A DNA stretch of 32,000 bases from Candidatus Helarchaeota ASGARD archaeon Hel_GB_B (GTDB lineage: Archaea; Asgardarchaeota; Lokiarchaeia; Helarchaeales; HEL-GB-B): positions 7,494 through 39,493 of the forward strand of contig SUPR01000022.1 in NCBI GenBank assembly GCA_005191425.1, read 5' to 3'. Made by a program: the position numbers and the translations under genes. The notes beneath the pieces were generated by a model. It saw only the letters and a list, made by a program, of their open reading frames with translations, did no database searches and was not told the origin of the DNA. This document shows positions 19,059-28,049 of the stretch, in pieces; within the stretch, counting starts at the first letter, position 1, and the number at the start of each line of letters is the position of its first letter.

Positions 19059-19385
19059 CTAACATCATTAATATTCGTTCCTCATTCTGATTAATTGTAC
19101 CAAGAGAATTACAGATATCCAAATATGAATTTTAAATTGTAGTAAAAAAAATTGTTTTAATTATTCTGTAAAAAAAGTTACATATCTTAAAATAAAATAC
19201 TGCTCCTTAGATATGGTCTTATATAAGAATATTGACATGGTTTGATAGGATTTTAGAGAAGTTTTAAGTTTATAAAAAAGAGAAATGATGTTTTTTAACT
19301 TAAAATCACTTTCTTTTTATAAATTTTTGAAAAAAAATTATGAAAGATTTTATATTTGTTAAATTTATAAAAATATTTGATAACG

Positions 19386-20036
19386 ATGAAATTTTCAGAA
19401 TCGGATATACAAAAAATATATGATAATGCTTCAAAATATTTGGCTTTTATGGAATTAGATGCTCTATTTGGGAGGTCTACTGAAAATTCGGTTTATAGGA
19501 AGAGAGCTATTTCGTTATTAAACTTGACATCAAATTCTTCAGTATTAGAAATAGCATGTGGTATTGGATATAATTTTAAAATAGTACAAAGTTATTTAAA
19601 AGGAAAAGGACATTATGTGGCGATTGATATTTCATCAAATTCATTGGCTATAGCTAATGGGAAGGTTAAATACAATAACTGGACAAATATGGAGCTTATT
19701 AATACGAGTATTACGAGATATAATCCCAGAATTAAATTTGATGCCATATTATGTACTTATGCATTAACGATCGTGCCGGACTATAAAAAGACTATTGATA
19801 AAATGCATGACCTTTTAGCACCAAATGGTAGAATTGCAATTATCGGAATGAAGTTAAGTAAAAGATATCCGTATAAAATATTTAATTTTTTATTGGAAAA
19901 AATTAGTATATCTGCTCGAATAGACTACAGGCGGGAGGTCATACCATATATTGCTTCTAAATTTAAGATAGACCATTATGAGAGCATTTTTATGGACTTT
20001 TACTATATATTAAGTGGCACACATAAAAATCAATAA
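19386..20036 (+). CDS. Class I SAM-dependent methyltransferase (UbiE/PmtA-like)
   Basis: VLEIACGIG (motif I), VAIDIS, FDAILC, LAPNGRI; likely start is the ATG at 19386. Confidence 0.88.
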   Translation: MKFSESDIQKIYDNASKYLAFMELDALFGRSTENSVYRKRAISLLNLTSNSSVLEIACGIGYNFKIVQSYLKGKGHYVAIDISSNSLAIANGKVKYNNWTNMELINTSITRYNPRIKFDAILCTYALTIVPDYKKTIDKMHDLLAPNGRIAIIGMKLSKRYPYKIFNFLLEKISISARIDYRREVIPYIASKFKIDHYESIFMDFYYILSGTHKNQ

Positions 20037-20120
20037 TAATTTGGGGTATTTGATTATTTTATGTATGAGGTTTAAGTTTGTATATAATCTTGCTTCTAAA
20101 TAGATCTGATTTCGAATAAA

Positions 20121-22076
20121 TTAGATCACTTCATCAAATCGTTTCTTAACAAATGAAATTCTGAATGTATTGATTATAACTAATAAAGTAATTCCAAGGT
20201 CTCCTATCCCAACAGCCATCCATAGAGTCATCAGTCCTAGAAATGTTAGAATTATAAATAGAAATTTTAAAACAATTGTGGAATAGATATTTTCTTTCAT
20301 AATCTTATTTGTCTTTTTGCTTATGTCAAGTAAAGTTATAATTTTTCCGATGTTGTCATTCATTAAAATAACATCAGCAGTTTCTAGCGAAATATCACTT
20401 CCAATTCCACCCATTGCGATCCCAATATCTGCAGAGGCTAGAGCAGGGGCATCATTGATACCATCACCGACCATTGCAACTGTTTTATTTTTATTAATAA
20501 GGTTTTTAATAGTCTCTTGTTTTTCATCAGGTTTTAGCTCATAAAAAACTTGGTCTATTCCAAGTTCTTTTTGCAATGCTCTGACAGTATTTTTATTATC
20601 TCCTGAAATCATGATTGTTTTAATATTTCTAGCTTTTAGTTCATGGATTACTTGCTGGGAATAATCACGTATTGTATCCCGGAGTGAAATTAAACCAATG
20701 ATTTGACGACTATTTCCAAACAAGACTACAGTTTTTCCCTCATTTTGATATCGATTTAATAATTTTTCTGGAACGGATATTTTTAGTTCATCAAAGAGAG
20801 ATTTATTTCCAACATAAAATCTATTTCCATTAACTGAACCTGAAATACCTTTTCCGATAATAGATTTAAAAGATTCGATGGGTATTTCAGGTGATATCCC
20901 TCTTTTTTCTGCACCAGATACAATTGCTCTTGAAATAGGGTGTTCAGAGAGGTTTTCTAAAGAGGCAGCAATTTTAAACCATTGATCAAAGTCATTATTG
21001 AGTGAAATAATATCTTTAACTTCAAGAGAACCTTTAGTCAGAGTGCCAGTTTTATCAAATGCTATTATCTGTAATTTATTGAGGTCTTCGATAAATTTCC
21101 CACCTTTAATAAGTATTCCGTTTTTTGCGCCACTAGTCAAAGCAGAAATCATTGAAATTGGCATAGATAATGCAAGTGCACATGGACATGAGATCACTAA
21201 AATGATAAGTCCTTTATAAACCCATTCATTAATTGGTAATTGAAAAATTAAAGGTGGAATTAGCATCATAAAAATTGCAAGAAAAATCATTATAGGTGTA
21301 TAATATTTAGAGAATTTATCTATAAACCGCTGAGTTTTACTCTGCTTATTTCGAGCATTATCAATTATCTCTTTTATTTTGGCAAGGAGTGTTTGGTCTG
21401 AACTTTTAGTAACTTGGACTTCTAAATATCCCTCAAAATTAATAGTACCTGCAAATACAGTGTCCCCAATTTGCTTAAAAACAGGAATTGATTCACCGGT
21501 AAGAGAAGATTCATTAATTGTAGAAGCCCCTTTTATAATTATTCCGTCCAGAGGGATGCTGTTTCCAGGTTTTATTTGGATAATATCGCCTACTTTAACG
21601 CTGTGAGTATGCATCTCTTTAAATGACCCACTAATTTTTACCACAGCAATATCAGGCGCAATTTTCATCAATGAAGTAATTGAATTTTTTGACCGGTCTG
21701 TAGCATAATTTTCAAGGAATTCTGCAATAAAAAATAGGAACATTACACTCGCACCTTCGCCTCCATGACCAATTAAAAAAGACCCAATTGCAGCAATTGT
21801 CATTAAGATGTTAATAGTGATTTTGTGGTCAATTAAATTTGAAATACCTTCTTTTACTATATTATAACCACTTACTATAACTGCAACAGCAGCAAAAATC
21901 TGGCTAAATATGAATAAATTTAAAAAATTACCAAAAAGAATTGATAAAAATAAGAAAATGCTCGAAATTATTATAATAAATATGCTTTTTTTTCTAGTAT
22001 AATGCTCGATTTTTTTATCCAGAGCAATATTTTTTTCGCAGATTTCACAATATTTAATTTCCAATATTTGCACCAA
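20121..22076 (-). CDS. zntA: P1B-type heavy-metal ATPase, Zn/Cd/Pb (P1B-2) type
   Basis: TGES, CPC, DKTGTLT, SEHP, GDGINDAP; Lys in the penultimate TM (IVLKF) and Asp in the last TM (GDLG); short N-terminal CEIC. Confidence 0.9.
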   Translation of the reverse strand: MVQILEIKYCEICEKNIALDKKIEHYTRKKSIFIIIISSIFLFLSILFGNFLNLFIFSQIFAAVAVIVSGYNIVKEGISNLIDHKITINILMTIAAIGSFLIGHGGEGASVMFLFFIAEFLENYATDRSKNSITSLMKIAPDIAVVKISGSFKEMHTHSVKVGDIIQIKPGNSIPLDGIIIKGASTINESSLTGESIPVFKQIGDTVFAGTINFEGYLEVQVTKSSDQTLLAKIKEIIDNARNKQSKTQRFIDKFSKYYTPIMIFLAIFMMLIPPLIFQLPINEWVYKGLIILVISCPCALALSMPISMISALTSGAKNGILIKGGKFIEDLNKLQIIAFDKTGTLTKGSLEVKDIISLNNDFDQWFKIAASLENLSEHPISRAIVSGAEKRGISPEIPIESFKSIIGKGISGSVNGNRFYVGNKSLFDELKISVPEKLLNRYQNEGKTVVLFGNSRQIIGLISLRDTIRDYSQQVIHELKARNIKTIMISGDNKNTVRALQKELGIDQVFYELKPDEKQETIKNLINKNKTVAMVGDGINDAPALASADIGIAMGGIGSDISLETADVILMNDNIGKIITLLDISKKTNKIMKENIYSTIVLKFLFIILTFLGLMTLWMAVGIGDLGITLLVIINTFRISFVKKRFDEVI

Positions 22077-22215
22077 TTTAATAAAAAAATCAATTGTTTA
22101 TTAAATTAATGCTAAGAAAATAACAAATATTAATATTATATTATTAAGAATATATTATTTAATTAATAATAAAAATTTGTAAAATTAATTTTAAACCATA
22201 ATTAGAGGAACAAAA

Positions 22216-22620
22216 ATGCCAATTGTAAGTGTATCGCTCACTAGTACGATATTAAATGATTTAGAAAAGTTAATTAAAAAAAGAGGTTATTATAGCAGGT
22301 CTGAAGCTATAAGAGATGCCATTAGAGCTATGCTACTCGACTATGACTTGTCTTTAAAAAATGAGGATATGGTCTTTGCTATGATCATTGTAGTAAATGA
22401 TTTTGTCCGAGAGGATGTCGAAATTAGGTTGTCCAAATTAAGACACGAATTTAACAATTTAATTATTGAAGATATTCATCGACATATAAAAGAGCAGTAT
22501 TGCATCGAAATTTTTCTAGCCGAAGGAAGAAATTCAGAAGTCAGTGATCTGATAGGTAGGATTAGAGGAATAAAAGGAGTGAACCAAGTAAAATATTTAG
22601 TTTTACCATTTTTCTTATAA
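22216..22620 (+). CDS. nikR: NikR-family ribbon-helix-helix/ACT metalloregulator
   Basis: MPIVSVSL...SRSEAIRDAIR RHH domain; LRHEF, IHRH and YCIE provide the His/His/His/Cys ligand set. Confidence 0.88.
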   Translation: MPIVSVSLTSTILNDLEKLIKKRGYYSRSEAIRDAIRAMLLDYDLSLKNEDMVFAMIIVVNDFVREDVEIRLSKLRHEFNNLIIEDIHRHIKEQYCIEIFLAEGRNSEVSDLIGRIRGIKGVNQVKYLVLPFFL

Positions 22621-22709
22621 AATAAAGTATTATTTTTGAGAAAAGTTAAATTTAAAATAAAAATATTATCCAAAAAAATATTTTAAAAAAAAAGATAAGT
22701 TGTGATTAA

Positions 22710-24269
22710 TTAAATATCTTCATGAGTATATTCCATTGGTATATTTAATTTGGGTAATTGACTTGATATCATTTGATAATGTTTGTGAAATAGCAAAATT
22801 CTCCGAATATTTTCAACATTCATTAGTACTGCAATTATAATTAATACTATAAAGGGAACATACAATAGAGCACCTATCAGGATTATAATCATCCGGACAT
22901 CCCTGCCTAACCTGAAATAAGAGGAATTAGGAGTGGTCAGTTTTTTCATTAAGCCATCATATTTATCAGCGGTATAGCTGTTCATAAAAGACCCAATAAT
23001 AGCAAGAAACCCAATTAATAACATAACAAAATTCGGGGATAAATTGAACACAAAGATTGTTAGTCCAAAAAGTAATAGAGCATCAGCGTACCGGTCGAGA
23101 ACAGCATCAAACCAACCGCCAAATTCAGAGGTCTGCATTTTTAATCGGGCTATTTCGCCATCACAACCATCAATTATAGAAGCAAATTGAGCAAATACTG
23201 CGCCAATGATTAAGTTGGGATAACCACCTAAAAAGAAGAAAATGGAACCAATAGCAGCTAAGAGAAATGTAAACAAAGAAATTATATTGGGAGTTATATT
23301 TGTTTTTAAAAGTAATTTTGTAATTTTTGTAGAGATTGGTCTATTAATATAACGAGATACCGGTCCATCGGATTTCTTTTTAAGATTTGAGATTAATAGT
23401 CTTTTTGCCTTTTTGTAAGAGAGTTTGTCGTCGATGTCAATCCAATATTTATCCTTAATATCAAAAACTTTGGCATTACCTCTTTCAGCGAGAATTTTAA
23501 TTCCGCCGGATAATGAGTCATCACCATTTTCTATAGATTCTTCAAGAGCATCAAAGATGATTGGAGAACAAAGAAAGATCCCAGTATCAAAAGCATTAAA
23601 ATTGTCAATATTTTTGCCAATATCCAGAATTAAATCATCATATACTAATACTTTAGTAACATCATCAATGTCTATGTTTCTATTGGAATCGATATTATAG
23701 TCAACAACGAGTTTAATTTCTTCGTCTTCAATATCTTCCTTCAATAAATCTACCAAGATAGATGGGTCGAAAATGTGGTCAGACATTAATAATACAAAAT
23801 TTTCGTTGAGGTATTTTTTTGATTTAAGCACAGATATGCCGTTTCCTTTTTTCCATTCAAAATTATACAAGTAATTTATTTTAATATCCTTTTTTATGCT
23901 CAATTTGTCCAGAAATTCGCGTACTTTATGGTCGTTATAGCCAATAACAATATAAAAGTCAGTTAGGCCTGCTTCTTTAGCGCTCAATATGACCCGTTCA
24001 ATCAATTTTAGTCCTAAGATAGACAATAAAGGTTTTGACTCGCAGACATCAGATAGTCTACTTCCCCTGCCAGCAGCAATTATTAAGCATTTGGTTATCG
24101 GGAATTTTTCTTTATAGAGAATAAGTTTTTGTGTACTTTCACTAATACTATAAGTATTGTCTTTTGTATAAACATCTCTTATAGTAAATAAATTGTCGGA
24201 CTCGAATTCATTTGGTTCATCTTTAAATTGTGGAGTATTTTGAAAATCTGACGGAATAATCGAAATCAC
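22710..24269 (-). CDS. Bifunctional CTP:inositol-1-phosphate cytidylyltransferase / di-myo-inositol-phosphate-phosphate synthase (IPCT/DIPPS-like)
   Basis: LIIAAGRGSRL and MSDHIF NTP-transferase motifs; DGPVSRYINRPIS; DGCDGEIAR..G..FD...D CDP-alcohol phosphotransferase signature. Confidence 0.9.
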   Translation of the reverse strand: MISIIPSDFQNTPQFKDEPNEFESDNLFTIRDVYTKDNTYSISESTQKLILYKEKFPITKCLIIAAGRGSRLSDVCESKPLLSILGLKLIERVILSAKEAGLTDFYIVIGYNDHKVREFLDKLSIKKDIKINYLYNFEWKKGNGISVLKSKKYLNENFVLLMSDHIFDPSILVDLLKEDIEDEEIKLVVDYNIDSNRNIDIDDVTKVLVYDDLILDIGKNIDNFNAFDTGIFLCSPIIFDALEESIENGDDSLSGGIKILAERGNAKVFDIKDKYWIDIDDKLSYKKAKRLLISNLKKKSDGPVSRYINRPISTKITKLLLKTNITPNIISLFTFLLAAIGSIFFFLGGYPNLIIGAVFAQFASIIDGCDGEIARLKMQTSEFGGWFDAVLDRYADALLLFGLTIFVFNLSPNFVMLLIGFLAIIGSFMNSYTADKYDGLMKKLTTPNSSYFRLGRDVRMIIILIGALLYVPFIVLIIIAVLMNVENIRRILLFHKHYQMISSQLPKLNIPMEYTHEDI

Positions 24270-24864
24270 CTACTGTAATTTTATAATAATAGAGAGTCAA
24301 TTGACGTAAATGTATATCAAAACTGTGGAAAGATCCCAATCTAAAGTTAATTTATGTAAAAAGAGTGGAACTGATTGATAGTCAGTTTATTTCTTTAAAA
24401 TATAGTAAGGTTGGGTTCATTTCAAACAGCTTTAAATTGAAATTTAATCAATCAATTTTTCCACTCATAGACGCACATTAATAGTTTATATGAATTAATC
24501 AAATTTACAAGTTTAATATATAGAAATTAATATAAAAATTTTACTATAATGAAGACAAATTTGCCCTTTAAATTATATATAAAAAATATCAAAACCAAAT
24601 TACAAATTTTCAGAAAAAAGATTTTGGTAAAGAATTAATTTTAAGAAATTATTAATTACAGCAACAAATGATAATAAATGAAATATTTCATTTTTAATTT
24701 TGAAATATCAATTGTTATTAATAGATTATAGACGTTTTCAATTATTTTAAAATGTAAATATCGAGGAACAACTATAAAAACGAAATAGTTATTTCATTTT
24801 AATCTAAATTATAGATTTTAACTTGATCATGGAAAAATAAAAATTAAAAATTTGAGGCTCAATT

Positions 24865-26466
24865 TTAAAGGTGTAATTTGAATAGTGGATCACCATATAG
24901 CATATAACTAGCCCAGAGAATTTCGTTTAGCCCATATTTATTTACAATCATTTTTCTAGCATATCTTAGGGCGCTTCCGACAGAGTGCTCCCTTGAAACT
25001 AAGTTTTTATAGAATTCTATAGCGAAATCAATACTGATATCGTCATTAACATATGTAAATGTCCCAATATAATTTTTAATTCCACCCATTAAAAAGCCGG
25101 ATGCAATTCCAAAGATTTCACTCTGAAATTTTTTAGTATCACCAATTGATTCTGCACCGGATTCGCAGGCATTTGCAAATACAATCGGGGGTGCATTTAT
25201 TAATGCCATATCAGAAGCCTTCAAAATTTCATTTGTTTTTATATCAATTACCCACCCACTTTCACTGGGATTATTTTTATTGAAATAGGAATGCCCAGCA
25301 TAATGGACTAAATCATAGGTAGTCAAATCAGAAAATAATAATTGAGTGTTCACTTCTTTACCTTTTCTATATGTAATATTTATCCCATCTATTTTTGATA
25401 ATGCTTTATATATTGCATCACATTCCTTAATAGCTCCTTCTAAGGTTTCAGTTGGGTCTGCAATTAATAGGACATTTAATGGATATGATAAACTCCGCGT
25501 GGTAGAACTTTGGATATAAAATTTTGGAGAAACTACGACTTGCCGTCCAATGTTATATTTTAGACCAAAAAAATCACTACCATCATAACATAACTCCCAA
25601 GGTATATTTAAGAGATTATCGTCCAATTTTAAGAAAATATTCTCCGATGAAAACTTTTTTAAGCGATCCGAAACTTTGTCCAGCAAAATATTATAAATCG
25701 AAGCACCTAAATCCTTGATTCCTGAGAAATTTTCAGATTTACCAAATAATACGAAGTCTTTTAATGCATTTGAGAAAATTTTAAGTTGTTTATTTGAAAT
25801 ATTTTTTTCTTGAATTACAGAAATTGTTTCATTAGTTGTAAGATCAATATAATTAATATTACCTTTTCTTAAAACGCTTAATCTTATTGGAAATGATTTT
25901 TCAATTTTTAATTTTGCAGCTTGAAAAACGAAATTCTCAAAAAATTTGTTCCAATCACCATAGTTATAGAGAGAAAATATAATTTCAGTTAAATTAGTGG
26001 AAGAATTTAAATAATCAAATACTTTTTGGATCATTGATTGACTAACAGCCTCACTATTATTCTGACCTTTGCCGGTACCCATAGCTGGGAAAGCAATGCT
26101 ATGAAATCCTAATTCATCAGCTTTTTTCAAACAATAATAAGTAGCTAGCGAAACACCAAACGGTGTGACTACATCTCCTTTTTCTTCATCGAATGTAATA
26201 GCATGAAAAACCTTTTTAACAGGCTTTAAATTATAAGCATCGGTAATAATAATAGACCCAAGTCTAACCTTTTGATTTTTCAATTTTTCTAAAGCTTCTT
26301 TTTTGATTTTTTCTCCTGCCTTATCTAAAATAGCCCTAGCGACCCCATCATTCATAGTAAGTTTTATATCATCTGAATTTACAACCACATCAGTTTTTAA
26401 AGTAGTAATATCGCAATAACAAATAGAAACAGTAGTATTACCCACTTTAATAGATTTTTTTTCCAT
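24865..26466 (-). CDS. Macrodomain-CHAT (caspase-like protease) fusion protein
   Basis: N-terminal CDIT..VVN..GVARAI..VFHA..FPAMGTG (macro); C-terminal IPWEL, VHYAGH, FANACES, GFL.GG...IGT, WASYMLYGDP (CHAT). Confidence 0.9.
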   Translation of the reverse strand: MEKKSIKVGNTTVSICYCDITTLKTDVVVNSDDIKLTMNDGVARAILDKAGEKIKKEALEKLKNQKVRLGSIIITDAYNLKPVKKVFHAITFDEEKGDVVTPFGVSLATYYCLKKADELGFHSIAFPAMGTGKGQNNSEAVSQSMIQKVFDYLNSSTNLTEIIFSLYNYGDWNKFFENFVFQAAKLKIEKSFPIRLSVLRKGNINYIDLTTNETISVIQEKNISNKQLKIFSNALKDFVLFGKSENFSGIKDLGASIYNILLDKVSDRLKKFSSENIFLKLDDNLLNIPWELCYDGSDFFGLKYNIGRQVVVSPKFYIQSSTTRSLSYPLNVLLIADPTETLEGAIKECDAIYKALSKIDGINITYRKGKEVNTQLLFSDLTTYDLVHYAGHSYFNKNNPSESGWVIDIKTNEILKASDMALINAPPIVFANACESGAESIGDTKKFQSEIFGIASGFLMGGIKNYIGTFTYVNDDISIDFAIEFYKNLVSREHSVGSALRYARKMIVNKYGLNEILWASYMLYGDPLFKLHL

Positions 26467-26987
26467 AATATCATCTGTTTTTTTTATTAAAAATTATTTA
26501 GAATCTAGATTTATTAATTTTTTATCACATTTTTAATTAATATTTTTTTTCAAATAATAATTATTGTGATTTTTTCTCCATTTAAAATTTAAATAAAGAT
26601 AAGAATTAATTTGTTTTTAATTTTAATCAATTGGTTAGTCAAATTTTTTTTCATATTTCGTTATTTTAAAAGAATAATTAAGGTTTTCAAGAAAAAAGGG
26701 AAAAAAAGAAATAAGATCAGTGAAAAAATTTGGGTTATATGATATAAAATTTAAAAAATGAATTAATCTAAGTTTGTCTGTATTAGAAAAATGAGTTTAG
26801 ATGATATTATGAAATTAAAATTATATTCTAGATATGTATCATTATTAATAAAAAGGATTGATAATTAAAAGTCTAAAATATAGAATTTTTAATTAATTAA
26901 AAATCAGTATAAAAAGTTTAACTAAAATTAATAAAATAATATAATATATTGAGAGAAAAAATGGCTTGAATTAGTGAAATAAATTAT

Positions 26988-27860
26988 TTATAATAGCGCA
27001 GTTTTTAATAAATCTTTACATGGACATGTACGTTCTGTTGGAATTTTGGGTATAACTCGTTCTAGCAATTTTTTTAGATTTTCGGCATTTTTTTCCATGA
27101 CAGCCAAAATTTCTTCAATAGAGACGCTATAACGTTTGACATCTCCGCCACAATTTGGACATTTATCGGCATATTCAACAACGCCACATTTTTCACAAAT
27201 TCCTGCCCAGACATCATAATCAGTGATTGTTGCAATAGAGACATAACATAATTCCAATTCTCGAGCTAATGCAACTTCTGGATATACCGTCATACCAATA
27301 ATATCGCCACCCCATTGTCTAAACATCTTGGACTCAGCCCTGGTCGAAAATCTTGGCCCTTCAATACAGACATAAGTCCCACTATTATGGACTTTAATTC
27401 CTAAAGCTTTCGCTTCATTATAACATATTTCTCGTAATTCAGGACAGAATGGAGCAGCAACATCTATATGACAAACCTGTCCGCCTTCGTAAAATGTGTC
27501 TAATCTTTTTTTTGTCCTGTCAATAAATTGGTCTGTAATAACAAAATCACCCGTATCAAATCCTAACCTTAAACTCCCTACAGCCCCGGGACCTATAACC
27601 CTTGTAACTCCCAATTCCTTTAAAGCCCATAAATTCGCCCTATTAGGGACTTTATGTGGAGGAATTTTATGCCCCCTACCATGCCTTGGAATAAAGGCAA
27701 CTTTTTTACCCTTAAAAATTCCAACAGTTATTAAATCAGAAGTTCTTCCATATGGTGTATAAACTTTTAGGTCTATCGCATCCTCAAGTAATTCTGGGTC
27801 ATATACGCCAGTCCCACCAATTATACCAATTTCAGCAGTTTCATCTTTCCTTAAACTCAT
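26988..27860 (-). CDS. mtnP: S-methyl-5'-thioadenosine phosphorylase with a zinc-ribbon insertion
   Basis: IGIIGGTG, TPYG, RHG, EGPRFST.AES, GMT..PE..LA.E, TDYD, C-terminal CPC. Likely start is the ATG at 27860 (track start 27866). Confidence 0.95.
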   Translation of the reverse strand: MSLRKDETAEIGIIGGTGVYDPELLEDAIDLKVYTPYGRTSDLITVGIFKGKKVAFIPRHGRGHKIPPHKVPNRANLWALKELGVTRVIGPGAVGSLRLGFDTGDFVITDQFIDRTKKRLDTFYEGGQVCHIDVAAPFCPELREICYNEAKALGIKVHNSGTYVCIEGPRFSTRAESKMFRQWGGDIIGMTVYPEVALARELELCYVSIATITDYDVWAGICEKCGVVEYADKCPNCGGDVKRYSVSIEEILAVMEKNAENLKKLLERVIPKIPTERTCPCKDLLKTALL

Positions 27861-28049
27861 CACCAATCACTTCTAAATACTATGGATAATAAAATTTTGA
27901 GATATTTGATAGAAAAGATTTAATTCTAAAAGAACTGATCCAAATTATTATATATAATTTTTTCAAGTCCAAAAAATCAATTTTGAAAAAATTGAATAGT
28001 ATTTGATTTATTAAGTGAAGTTTCAAGATTTTTAATATTTTGAAAGTAA

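Noticed and set aside
22077-22215. NikR operator palindrome
   Set aside because: The spacer is almost entirely A/T; several TAATA/TATTA pseudo-palindromes occur and none can be distinguished from chance.
24865-27860. MTAP and Macro-CHAT as one nucleotide-signalling operon
   Set aside because: They are co-directional but separated by about 520 nt of AT-rich DNA with T-tracts; there is no evidence of co-transcription.
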